The translations under genes and the position numbers were made by a program. The notes under the pieces are model-generated. The model did no database searches and was not told the DNA's origin. It saw nothing but the letters and a program-made list of their open reading frames with translations. Shown piece by piece: positions 34,884-45,436 of a stretch of DNA of 64,000 nucleotides. Position 1 is the stretch's first letter, and the number at the start of each line of letters is the position of its first letter. This stretch comes from Cladosporium halotolerans. Its lineage: Eukaryota. The stretch lies in contig NW_027191505.1 in NCBI RefSeq assembly GCF_011745625.1, positions 1 to 64,000 of the forward strand. The letters are read 5' to 3'.

Positions 34884-35280
34884 GCTCGAAGGCCTTTCGT
34901 TGGTCGAGACGGAGTCGGAAGGCTGCGAGGATGAAGACAAATCGAGGACAATTCTGGGAGGATGAGGTGAAGGGAAAATGCCGAAGGACATGAAAGGAAG
35001 AAGCGATCCTCCGCCGCGTCGCGAAGTCACGTGCATGCGCACAAAGACGTCTTCGCCATGCGAGATACAGTCACGTATACGAGTTTTGTTTGAGGAAGGA
35101 CGCATATCGACGAGCTCGAGAGTTGGAAACAGGAAGATCACAGGATGTATCCTCTGCCTCGAGTGCGAGTTACAATCATACACCCAATCTAAACAAACGC
35201 TCCTGAGAAGCCCGTTTTCTCACACTTTCTCTCTCCGTGCTATGGTTGTCCGCCACACCAATCTTGACCATAGCAATCAT

Positions 35281-35310
35281 CCCATACCAATCCTCCCCAT
35301 ACCAATCCTC
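35281..35310. repeat. Perfect 15-bp tandem duplication
   Basis: CCCATACCAATCCTC x2, between the two BTB paralogues. Confidence 0.85.
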
Positions 35311-35530
35311 AATTCGTTTCATCACTGCTCGCTCGGGTACTTACGTGTGTGGATGATCCCTTGAAGAACAATTTCGGCAGCAGAACCTGCATCAATGCCA
35401 TGAAGCGAAGTACTCGTTCAATCTCTGATGCTTCAGGGTATGAATTCACGCCTCCTAATCTCAGGTCAGCAGTAAACTATGAGGTTTGCCACTCTTACAA
35501 AGGGCTCATACCGATGCGACGGTCAGATGA

Positions 35531-36184
35531 TCACTGGTAGTTGACCGCCTTGAGTTCCTCGAAAAAGCTGTCGTACGGCTCTTTGACCTCGTGGAGCATC
35601 TCCACCGCTGCCTTTGCGAGGTCGAGGATGAATGTCATGTCGAAATCGGGCGTCAAGAGCTTTTCCTCTCCGAACTTCAAATGCAGGTCCACCATCAGAC
35701 GACGGGCCTTGGACTCGGCTGAAGTTCCGCGATAGATGGTGTTGACCGAGTCCATCGGCGGCGGGCAGACCAGTTCATTCTTCCAGATGGTGGTGAGGCG
35801 AATGAACTCGGCGATCAAGTCACGCTGGATGACTTGGTTACCAAGACGCTCTGCAGAAACGTAGAGTCTAGCCAGGAGGGAGTAGCACGGATCAGAATCA
35901 TGGCCTCCGGTAAGCGACTTGACGTGGCTGGTGGGCAGCTTCTTCTCGTAGGACCAAATCAAGTAATGGCGCATGACCGTCTCGTCCTCGTCTGGCAGCT
36001 CGAGTGTACGGAACTGGCCGGTAGCTGGCTCGAGGAATACCTCTCCGATGATGGGGGAATCAGTCTTGATGTACGCGGCGTGCGCGAATATCTTCTGCTT
36101 GCGCGGCCCGACAAGGAGGATGATGTGATTGTAAGGGTTACAGTCAACGAAAGGCGAGACCCACAGGAAGTGATCCGTCGGCAT
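35531..36184 (-). CDS. Fungal BTB/POZ-only protein
   Basis: IILLVGPRKQKIFAH, LELPDED..MRHYLIWSY, LARLYVSAERLG, VNTIYRGT..SKARRLMVD: typical Dothideomycete BTB motifs. Confidence 0.8.
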   Translation of the reverse strand: MPTDHFLWVSPFVDCNPYNHIILLVGPRKQKIFAHAAYIKTDSPIIGEVFLEPATGQFRTLELPDEDETVMRHYLIWSYEKKLPTSHVKSLTGGHDSDPCYSLLARLYVSAERLGNQVIQRDLIAEFIRLTTIWKNELVCPPPMDSVNTIYRGTSAESKARRLMVDLHLKFGEEKLLTPDFDMTFILDLAKAAVEMLHEVKEPYDSFFEELKAVNYQ

Positions 36185-36328
36185 GCTGGAAAGCTGCTGT
36201 TTAGTGGAGTTGTAGAGGGTGATATTGCTGCGATGTTGCTGAGATGGATGAGGGGACTGGTTGAGAGCTTGTCAAGAGTGTTGTGTCAACACGATCATGG
36301 CGATCACACGGCGTTTGTATTTGTTTAT

Positions 36329-36423
36329 TCACGTAGCTGAAGATCCTCAGGCACCTGTCCATCAGCGTTGTTCCAGTCACGTAGTTGCAAGATCCTCAGG
36401 CATCTGGTCGTCAGAGCTTTTTC
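36329..36423. repeat. Degenerate 48-bp tandem duplication
   Basis: TCACGTAG.TG.AAGATCCTCAGGCA.CTG...TCAG at 36329 and 36377. Confidence 0.8.
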
Positions 36424-36996
36424 ACACTTCACTCCATAACAAGAGCAAACCATTGCGAAGTGTGAAGGAGACATTTTGCAAGGACCTAGCCCAATCGTAG
36501 TTAAGTGTCTTGTCGACAGATAGTTGACGGAGTGTATACCAGGACCCGCCGTCAGAGATGTGGTGATGCTGCTACCGACCTCGTGATTCCACGTGGAAGG
36601 CCATGCCAAGCCTTTCGCCATGAAGTGAAGTTGGGGCGTGGCCCGAGCTCGCCTTCCCCGCCAACGTCTCTGTGGGTGGTTGCTGGAGACGCCTCGAGCG
36701 CCTCCACCGGCGCCCGAAGCCCCAGCCGCCCGCCAGCGAGCCAGTTCGGCCCTTGGCTCTGCCCATGCACCTGCGCCTGCGCCTGAGCCTGCGCCTACAC
36801 CCAAACACCCGTCACGAGCACTGCTGACCGCATCCGCCCTGCCCTGCCGGCCACCCACGCCCCGGCGCCCCGACCATCGCTATTCCGCCACGCCGCGCCC
36901 GCCTGCCATTCTTATGCACGCACACAGCAGCCCTCTCGCGCCCGAGTCGGAGCAGTGAGCGGCGCTGCGACTGCATCCTCGACAAAGACACCCACC

Positions 36997-39951
36997 ATGG
37001 ACGCTGCCACCGCCTCGAGCGCATTCGCCGGCCCTTCCAGCGAAGCAACAACCCCGGCCGCCTTCGACGACGATGCGAGGCACTACGCCATCACGGCGTC
37101 GCAGGTCCCGAAGCCGGCCGCCAGCAGCATGCCTCCGCCTGTGCCGGTCCCCAACCCTCCGCCCGACACCGTCAAAGACGTGAAGAACGTCGGCACGCGG
37201 TTCCACGAGGACTGCCATGAGACCGATGTGCCCAGTCCGCGATTGCGATCGAGCCGAGCGTGGAAGGGCAAAGGGAAAGAGACGCTCACGGTTGAGCGCG
37301 AAGCCAAGAAGCCGAAGGGCCTGCTGGATCTACCCTTGGACATCCTCAAGGAGATAGTGCGCGAGGTTACGCACACGAATGATCTGACGTCGCTCGCGCT
37401 CTGCCACAGTGGGCTGCATCAGCTTGCGGTTCCACACATTTACTCTCGCTTTGACATTGTGTGGCCCGACAGCAGCACGCACGCCGAGCCACGGTCCGGT
37501 GTCGATGCGCTCACATATGGACTTGCGACGCTGGTTATGGCTGAGGAGGTTTTCGGAGAGTCGCCGCGCCAACGCAAGGAGAATCAGACAAATCGGTTTG
37601 CGGCCAACGGTCAGGGAAAGGCGACCGAGATGGCGGTCAGGCGCAGAAGAGGCAACCACTACGCACAGTACACCAAGAAATTCTCGCTGGGAAACGGCCC
37701 CGCGGATTGGGTGCAAGAGTACCTGATTTCGAAAGAAGGCGGGAAGATGCTTGGGACGCTCGTCGCACTGGCTGTTGCACGAATGCGCTCGCTCGAGACT
37801 TTCGTTTGGGATATGCCCACGGGGATTTTGCGCGACGTCTGGCTCGCCCTTTCGTCGTTGGCAGAACGCGCAGATGGAGGAGACTGCAGGCTCGAAAAGG
37901 TCTGGGTGCGATGGCACGACAATTCATCTGCGGACCATCCTCATGCCATGCCGCCGCCATACGTCGCTGCACCACCACCTCTGCATTCAGCGATAGGCAA
38001 TTTCAACAATCCTGGGCTGCCTGCACACATTCGCTTAGCGGATCTTGATCGGGTCGAGCACCCAAGCTTTTCTGTCCTCCCACCAATGCGCAGTCTGAGC
38101 GTGCTGGACATCGATGAGCTTGCGTATCTCGACGAGATGGCGGTCCTCGTTGGTAGGTCCGTCGACAAACTTCGTGAGCTACGCGTCGGACTGGCGAGAC
38201 ATGCAATGACTAGAGACTGGGCCACGGTATGGGAAGGCGACAACGCACAGCAGGTCGATCGCGACAATCCTACAGCTGGCTTTCTTACAATTGGGGAGAA
38301 AAGGCTTGGGGGCGTTCTGGGAACGCTTATGGGATTCGTTCACGATGTGAGGCCGAAGAGGGTGCTTCCCACGAGGCCACGACGTCAAACTCCTCCGCCT
38401 CCGGAAGTTAGAATCGAAAGTCCATCACGCGTTGCAATTCCAGCCATGATTGTGCCCGCTGAGGCTCCCAATGAGCCAATTGCAGCAGGAGCTCTCACCT
38501 CGCCACCTCCAACAGTCCTGTCGCCAACTCTGAGTCCGCCCGGCACTGGTGCTGCCTTCGATACCGATCCACTGATTGCCAGCAGCCGATGCGCGTCTCC
38601 TCAACCATTTCCAACGGAGGGGCCTTCCGTGATTCCCGAGCTAGCTAAACTCGCACCTGCTGTATCTCCGGAGACAATAGCAGAGCTTGAAAGCCCCGTG
38701 GAACCTCATCTTCAACAAAGGCTACGACTCGAAGTTCTGGAAATGGAGCGCGTGCCCTTGTCAATACCTGTGCTTCAGAAGGCAATCGACTGGTCGACAC
38801 TCACTTCGCTGACTATTTTGCACTGTCAACACCATGAAGCTCTCTGGAAGACATTGAAGCGAAGCTTCTGTCCAACGCCAAAGTCTCCAACATATCCCAC
38901 TCCTCGGCGAAGCACAAACGGCTCTCCTCGAAAGAGCGGCAAACATTCCCTTGCATCGTCTGATGTTGAAATGCAGTACCACCTGAACCTCAAACGCGTG
39001 CACACAAATACCGTATCTCCGGCACTCATATCCTTCCTCAAGGAGACTCTTGCGCCGAACAGCCTGGAGGTGCTCTTCCTGCAAGAAGGCCGCTCCTACA
39101 CCTCGACAGTATCTGTGGATGCCATCTACCGCGGCCCCCTGCGAAGACATCGATCAAGCTTGAAGAAGGTCCTCATCGACAGTTCCGAGAAAGGCCCTGA
39201 TGGTCACCCGACAAATTCGAGCAGATGGCGTCGCTGGATGTTGACTCGTGACATCCTCACCTTCATTTGCAGCGGCAGGATGTCAAGCCTTCGCGAGCTG
39301 GGCATGGCGATCGATTACCACGATTGGGTAAGCAAGATCCTTTTTTCCAACATACAGAGTCTCACTAACGCCACGCCTTCCCAGCATTTCTTCCTCCAGC
39401 AGCTGCCTTCAATTCCTCACCTCCGCAGCCTATACATTCCCTTCCTCGCCGACCACGTCCACGGCAGCAATACCGATCCCCGCGAGCTCGCCCTCCAAGT
39501 CGTCGACATCGTCGCCCTCCGCCCCGAGGTCGAATTGTGCTACATGGGCGTCGGAACTAAATGCTTCGAGATCCTCGAAAGCCGCAGAGACTGGGATGCG
39601 CGCGCCGACACGGCGCATCTCGGCCTGGTCTCGATGGCTGGCGGATTGCCTGGCTCGGAAGGCGAGGAGGACGACGTGGAGGACGATGATGACGAAGACG
39701 ACGACGAGCTGGATCCGGATAGCGACGGCGCTGACGAGGAGACGGAGAGCGATGCTGAGCACGACGACGATGATGACGACGACGACGACGATGACGATTT
39801 TGACGACGAGCTTACGGATTCCGACTCCGATTCCGATGGCCTTGCGCGCGGGAGTCGGAAAGCGGGCAGAGCGGCAAAGCTGAGGCTGAGGGAGATTCTG
39901 TTCTACGATGACAAGGTCGCTGTCTTCAAGGCCAGGCATGGGAAGCTTTAA
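36997..39951 (+). CDS. F-box-like/LRR-like protein with acidic tail; probable in-frame intron 39328-39384
   Basis: LLDLPLDILKEIV..DLTSLAL F-box-like motif, LxxLxL segments, C-terminal LRLREILFYDDKV. GTAAGC..CTAAC..CAG 57-nt intron. Confidence 0.8.
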   Translation: MDAATASSAFAGPSSEATTPAAFDDDARHYAITASQVPKPAASSMPPPVPVPNPPPDTVKDVKNVGTRFHEDCHETDVPSPRLRSSRAWKGKGKETLTVEREAKKPKGLLDLPLDILKEIVREVTHTNDLTSLALCHSGLHQLAVPHIYSRFDIVWPDSSTHAEPRSGVDALTYGLATLVMAEEVFGESPRQRKENQTNRFAANGQGKATEMAVRRRRGNHYAQYTKKFSLGNGPADWVQEYLISKEGGKMLGTLVALAVARMRSLETFVWDMPTGILRDVWLALSSLAERADGGDCRLEKVWVRWHDNSSADHPHAMPPPYVAAPPPLHSAIGNFNNPGLPAHIRLADLDRVEHPSFSVLPPMRSLSVLDIDELAYLDEMAVLVGRSVDKLRELRVGLARHAMTRDWATVWEGDNAQQVDRDNPTAGFLTIGEKRLGGVLGTLMGFVHDVRPKRVLPTRPRRQTPPPPEVRIESPSRVAIPAMIVPAEAPNEPIAAGALTSPPPTVLSPTLSPPGTGAAFDTDPLIASSRCASPQPFPTEGPSVIPELAKLAPAVSPETIAELESPVEPHLQQRLRLEVLEMERVPLSIPVLQKAIDWSTLTSLTILHCQHHEALWKTLKRSFCPTPKSPTYPTPRRSTNGSPRKSGKHSLASSDVEMQYHLNLKRVHTNTVSPALISFLKETLAPNSLEVLFLQEGRSYTSTVSVDAIYRGPLRRHRSSLKKVLIDSSEKGPDGHPTNSSRWRRWMLTRDILTFICSGRMSSLRELGMAIDYHDWVSKILFSNIQSLTNATPSQHFFLQQLPSIPHLRSLYIPFLADHVHGSNTDPRELALQVVDIVALRPEVELCYMGVGTKCFEILESRRDWDARADTAHLGLVSMAGGLPGSEGEEDDVEDDDDEDDDELDPDSDGADEETESDAEHDDDDDDDDDDDDFDDELTDSDSDSDGLARGSRKAGRAAKLRLREILFYDDKVAVFKARHGKL

Positions 39952-41482
39952 GGCTGGCCGACTGCGTCCAAGACGAAGGACTGAACATCAAACGAACGAA
40001 CTTTCAGCAGATAATTTGACTGGCCGAGGCTGAGCTACTGAGAAGGCACCCGGGGATCTGCGAGATCGAGAAAATGATATCCTACAGTACGGTTGATGTG
40101 CTTGACTTTATCCGAATGGGCTGGCGAATCTGGCGCAAGGAGTGTTCTGGGCCTTTCTTTTACATAATCTTCTTTCTTCTGCCCAGAGCGCGAAGGGAAC
40201 ACGGAGTCGGAAAGCGGGACAAATACATACGGCGGCCAGATCATACCATACCATGCCTCTCACGATCAAACGGGTTGGGCGGCCACGTGTACTTGGGAGT
40301 GGATTCTCGAGAGCTTCTTCGGGGCTGGGTAAAGGACGGGAACGGCTGGCTGGGTATGGGGGACAAGGATTTAAAGCATCGGGGTCTGGGTTGTATGTAG
40401 GTTTTGCGCGCTGAGCTTGCTTTTTGCTCTAGTCGTGTGTCGAATCGAAATGAAATCAATCGAAGTGAAACGAGGAGTTTCCCCGTCTGGCTTGCTCGGT
40501 GATTGTGGAACTCATCGTCTTTTCAATGAAGTAAGGCTCTTTGGTCTGTCAATGAGACGGGCACGGGCACATGGTCAATGATACAGGTGAAGCGATAGAG
40601 GAGCAAAGTTCAAAAGGAGAGAATGTGTTTTGTCATTGGAGGTTCTACCTGACCGATGCGGCAGCTACACGATCTCATGCAGCAGCACGCGCTGGCCTTT
40701 TACCTCTTTGGGTGATTCCCTCCTCAGGTTTTTTTGTGTGTTTGTCTTTCCGCCGGGTGTCTTCCATTTCTATACAACACTCGTGATCTTCCAGGAAAGG
40801 CGGCAATGTCGCTTGTGAGTTGATGCTCTTTTTGTTTTTTGGACCAGGTTTGACGAGCGTAGTATGGAAAAGGTGACTATCCGGTTCTGATCTTGTGTCC
40901 TCTCGAGCGTAGCGGTGGAGGCATGATCAACACGGTCTGTGTGTTGGCCCCAGAAGGGCTGTGAGCTGGGCCGATGGCGCCCTGCATTGCAACTCAGGGC
41001 GGCTTGTCGAAAAGTGAAGCCGCGTTGCTGTATTGTCGTTTAGGTCGTGTTGGGGCGAGCACGACCAAGGGTATTGTATGTTTTATTTCGCTCTCGAAGG
41101 GAAGGTGAATGGGTTTGCTACCACGGACGAACGAAATGCACGTGGGTAGTCATCCAGGATTGAGCGGTGTACTTGATGCGCCGCCGTGGTATACAGGCAG
41201 CGCACAACCAAGGGGAAAACGATGCACACAGCTCGGGCAACTGTGTGCGTCGGGAAACGCGAGTCTCGGGGACCCACAATCCAGGATTCCGGAGCAAAAG
41301 AACCGGATTTCGTCAGATTCGTACAGAAGGAACAGTCGTGAAGGACTCGAGAAGAGGAAAACACCCGCCGTGCCGCCCAATGGCACGCCGGCCAGCCAGC
41401 GTTACAGTAAAACGCCTTTGAACGCCGCAAGAAGATAGCCAAGAAATATGAAGCAACTGCGACCCAAGTGCAATCAAGCATA

Positions 41483-43030
41483 CTATGCCTGCGCCGCAGA
41501 TGGGGGCATTTGCTGCTGGGGAGGCTGCTGCCTCTGCTGGTAGTTACCTTGGCCGGGAGGGCCCTGGAAAGCAGCCTGGTGTCCACCACGAGGGGCCCCA
41601 CGGTATCCACCACGGCCGCCGCGACCCCCGCGGTATCCACCCGTCCTGTTGGCCGGGTTCTGCAGGTCTGATCCGGTACCCTGCTGCCTCCCTTGCTGCT
41701 GCTGCAGCTGGAACTGCTGTTGCGGCGTCGCGGCGATCGGACGCGGAATGTTTTCGGGGGCATCGTACACGTAGAGCTTCTTGTCGATACTGCCAGGAAT
41801 GGGCTGGATCTCGGTGCCAAGTTCCTGCTCGATGCGGTAGAGGTTGAAGCGGTCATCCCAGTTGATCAAGTTGATAGCAAGACCAAGGTGACCAAAACGG
41901 CCAGAGCGACCAATGCGGTGAAGGTAGGTTTCGGCGTTCTTGGGGAAATCGAAGTTGATGACGACGTTAACAGCCTGGATATCGATACCACGAGTCAGGA
42001 GGTCAGAGCAAACCAGGTTGCGCATGGCGCCGTTGCGGAAGTCATGGAAAACTCTGTTACGGGCCTGCTGAAGCATCTTCGCGTGAGAGTAGAAACACGA
42101 GTAACCCAGCTCGGTGATCTTCTTAGCAAGCAATTCAACTCTGGTCGTGCTGTTGCAGAAAATGATGGACTGGTTAATCTGAAGCTTGCTGAAAAGCGTG
42201 TTCAAGCAGTGAACCTTCTGTTTCTCCTCAACAAATGCATAGTACTGAGTGATACCGCGAAGTGTGAGCTCGTCCATCAAGTTGATCTCGTGAGGGTCGC
42301 GCATGTGCTTGTCCTTGAAGGACTTGACAACAATGGGGAAAGTGGCGGAGAAAAGCATAATTTGCCTGTCCTTGGGGTGGAACTGCAGAAGCTGCTCGAT
42401 GGTGATAGTAAATTCGGGCGACAGAAGCTTGTCAGCCTCGTCCATGACGAAGGTGTGTGCAGCGGAAAGGTCGGCTACGCCCTTAGACGCGAGATCGAGG
42501 ATACGGCCAGGGGTACCGACAATCACATGGACAGTCTCATTCAATCGTATAATGTCGTCCTTGAGACCTGTACCTCCGGTTGTGACCATAACGTTGATAC
42601 CGAGATGCTTGCCGAGGGTCTTGCAAACTTGCGAGGTCTGGAGAGCCAATTCTCTAGTGGGCACGAGGAGCAGAGCCTGTGTCTTCTGCAGCTTGGGGTT
42701 GATGCGCTCGAGCGTAGGGATGACAAAAGCAGCCGTCTTGCCGGTACCGTTCTTCGCACGCGCCAAAACATCTCTGCCTGTAATCGCGACAGGAATCGTC
42801 TCTTCTTGAATGGGCGAGGGCTTCTCAAATCCGGCCTCAAAGATACCCATCATGAGCTCCCGCTTAATGTAGAAATCCTCGAACTCCAAGCCCTTGGTCT
42901 TCGTAACATCCTCGGTCTGCACTCTTCCATCTTTCGCTGGCTTCTTGAGTCCAGCCTTCCAGTCATCGTTTGCGGGTGCGTCATCGTTGAGCGAGGTTGC
43001 CCCGAGCTGGTTCGCGAGCTCGGAGGACAT
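41483..43030 (-). CDS. DHH1: DEAD-box RNA helicase Dhh1/DDX6
   Basis: [58 protein letters not shown]-rich tail. Confidence 0.98.
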   Translation of the reverse strand: MSSELANQLGATSLNDDAPANDDWKAGLKKPAKDGRVQTEDVTKTKGLEFEDFYIKRELMMGIFEAGFEKPSPIQEETIPVAITGRDVLARAKNGTGKTAAFVIPTLERINPKLQKTQALLLVPTRELALQTSQVCKTLGKHLGINVMVTTGGTGLKDDIIRLNETVHVIVGTPGRILDLASKGVADLSAAHTFVMDEADKLLSPEFTITIEQLLQFHPKDRQIMLFSATFPIVVKSFKDKHMRDPHEINLMDELTLRGITQYYAFVEEKQKVHCLNTLFSKLQINQSIIFCNSTTRVELLAKKITELGYSCFYSHAKMLQQARNRVFHDFRNGAMRNLVCSDLLTRGIDIQAVNVVINFDFPKNAETYLHRIGRSGRFGHLGLAINLINWDDRFNLYRIEQELGTEIQPIPGSIDKKLYVYDAPENIPRPIAATPQQQFQLQQQQGRQQGTGSDLQNPANRTGGYRGGRGGRGGYRGAPRGGHQAAFQGPPGQGNYQQRQQPPQQQMPPSAAQA

Positions 43031-43880
43031 TGTGAGGATGAATGTGAGGTGAGAGAGCCGGTGACGTGGGCTCTATGTCTCCTATCGCCCGCCACGTGTA
43101 ACCAAGATGGAGCGGGTAGTCGCGGGGATGGTAAGCGACAGTGTGCGATCAGTCGCCGAGGGAGATAATGAGGTGGAGAGTGTAGGTTCGTGAGGGAACT
43201 AGTAGCTCGAGTCGCTGTGGCGGTTTGGCGCGCAATTTCGGGAGGTTAATTGGTTTTCGAGATGTTTCAGTGCGCCTGGGGTATTGGCGTCTGCGCAGTG
43301 GTCAGCAGCTGACTCTCGGCCAGGGTGCGATATAGAAGGCTCACCACGCGCGTATGGCGAGAATGTGCAGTGTGCTCTGCCGAGAGGGCTGGCGTGGTTG
43401 GTTTTGCGGTGGGTTTGATGGTGGTGGTTGTGCGGGTGGTGGATGTGGAGTCGCAAGAGAGCTGTGTTTCGCTTCCGGGCAGCCAGCAGGTGGGTGATGT
43501 CGCCAGCCCAATGTCTGTGCGAACTGCGGGCCAACAGCCTCGCCAGCGACGCCTCAGGCATTCACAGACGACAATCAGCATCCGCCCGTAGCACCTCAGG
43601 CACGAGGCTTGCCACAACAGACGAGGCCGAACACACCCTTGCCACTGCTGTCGCGGGGCGATTGTGGTACGTCGGACCCAGCCCTCCCGGCGCCCACAAG
43701 CGAAATCACCATCATTCACCCTCTCATCGCCCGGTCTTCGTCGACTTCACTATCCTCCCGCACGAGTCTATCCACTTCGTCACGCCACTACCTCATTTAC
43801 TTCGCATTCACCAACGTAGCGCGTGGAAGGACAGTGTCCATTTCCGCATCGACTGTACTGTACTGTGATACACTCCGCCC

Positions 43881-44786
43881 ATGCAATCGCTGGTTGCAGG
43901 TCGCACGCCGCAAGGGCTCCAACACAGCCTTCTTCGGCAAGCATCCAACCTCTCGAAGACTCCCACCATCTCTCGATCAACTCGAGCGCATTTCTTCACT
44001 GCTCGAAGACCGCAGAAACCATCAATGGACAGCTACTCCATCTTAAAACGGGGTCTCGCCTCCGGTTACCGCTGGGGCTACCCGCCGCATTTCGAATCAA
44101 CACGAGCGGCAATGCGCGTGATCATGGGCCTCAACATTGCTGTATTCGGCGCCTGGACATATGCCTCAACCGCTAGAAACGAAAAGTGGCACAGGTACTT
44201 AACTGAGAATGCCTTGCTGTCTTGGGCACACGTCAGGGCGAACCACTACTGGACCGTGGTGACATCTGCGTTTTCTCACAAGGCTCCGATGCACATCCTG
44301 TTCAACATGGTCTCGCTCAACGCTTTTGCGGGGGTCCTGTATACCGCTGGCGGCCTTGGTCTCGGCCCTTTTCATATATTCGCCCTCACCCTCGGCAGCG
44401 CCGTCACTGGGAGCCTTGGCTTCCTCTATTACAGGCAGTTGGCCGCGAAACAGAAGGACGGTCGCTTTGGCCCTTATGGACAGCACCTCCCCAGTCTTGC
44501 TGCGACGGGATTGGGCGCGAGCGGTGTCGTCATGGGTTTCGCGGCTGCTGCGACATGCATCGCTCCTTTCCAACCGATGATGGCGATGATGATCCCGGTG
44601 CCTGTGCCGATGTGGGTTTTGACGGGCATCTACTTCGCGCTGGACGCCTTCATGTTGGGTAGTAATGACAGCGTCGGGCATGATGCTCACTTGGGAGGTG
44701 CTGTCTTTGGCCTCGCGTATTATATGGTTGCTCTCAGACGATTCGGTGGTGTCTCGCAGCTGCTCCGCCGTGGCGGTAGATTTTAA
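43881..44786 (+). CDS. Mitochondrial-type rhomboid protease (Pcp1/PARL-like)
   Basis: Basic presequence, TSAFSH...HILFNM, catalytic GASG and AHLGG motifs, multiple transmembrane helices. Confidence 0.85.
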   Translation: MQSLVAGRTPQGLQHSLLRQASNLSKTPTISRSTRAHFFTARRPQKPSMDSYSILKRGLASGYRWGYPPHFESTRAAMRVIMGLNIAVFGAWTYASTARNEKWHRYLTENALLSWAHVRANHYWTVVTSAFSHKAPMHILFNMVSLNAFAGVLYTAGGLGLGPFHIFALTLGSAVTGSLGFLYYRQLAAKQKDGRFGPYGQHLPSLAATGLGASGVVMGFAAAATCIAPFQPMMAMMIPVPVPMWVLTGIYFALDAFMLGSNDSVGHDAHLGGAVFGLAYYMVALRRFGGVSQLLRRGGRF

Positions 44787-45153
44787 GTAGACGCGTGCGA
44801 TTAGCATCAGAGCTCTGCGGAGTCCATGTCATAGATAGGTAGAGGTATCAGAGATGCTTGACTGCATAAAACGAGAGCCTCTCATGACTGTGCGAATCAT
44901 CTTGTATGACAGAATAAGAACCGGGCAATGGCCGCAATAGCAACACCGTGATCAATCGATGTACATTGATCCTCAACGATCATTGGGGTACAAAGCAGCT
45001 ACTCAGCTTCATGCTCTTCAAGTAATGCAGAAGGGGTGATTAAACCGTAATCAGCTTAATATCCTCGCGCGCCTTTCCTTGTACTCGAAGTGCGAGTATT
45101 GCAGGGCGTCACTCGCAAGTAGTCTTGTTCACGAGTTTCTCGTCTCATGTGCC

Positions 45154-45184
45154 GGGGACTTTAGGGTTAGGGTTGGGGTTACGG
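45154..45184 (+). promoter_or_regulatory. Telomere-like motif (TTAGGG)2-TTGGGG-TTACGG upstream of HRD1
   Basis: ggggactttagggttagggttggggttacgg read directly; a regulatory role is inferred. Confidence 0.45.
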
Positions 45185-45436
45185 ATCGGCAGCGGAACAT
45201 TGGAAGCTCGCCCCGACCTTCAGCAAGCGCGTCTGGCGTCACCAGGCGATCGCGGCAGCCGAAAGCGAGCCCCAAGGCATCCAGCTGTCCTTTGACCACA
45301 TCTGACAAACAACTCATGCCGACACCAATCCGGCCACTAATTCGACCTCTTCACTGATCGTCGGGCCATGGACGTCCCTGCCAACTTGCCCAACCCACTT
45401 TGACACTTCGTCCTGCGACGGCAACCCTCCAGCATC

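Noticed and set aside
39661..39840. (GAC/GAT)n tract
   Set aside because: Ordinary poly-Asp/Glu coding low complexity.
39952..41482. 1.5-kb gap between the F-box gene and DHH1 with several short ORFs
   Set aside because: T-tract-rich sequence consistent with convergent 3' UTRs; no coding or RNA-gene signature found.
41693..43168. 491-aa ORF antisense to DHH1 (also 18-1082, 25971-26924, 27447-28547, 60509-61441)
   Set aside because: These mirror strongly codon-biased real genes, give Leu/Val-rich translations with no motifs, and are expected in GC-rich DNA.
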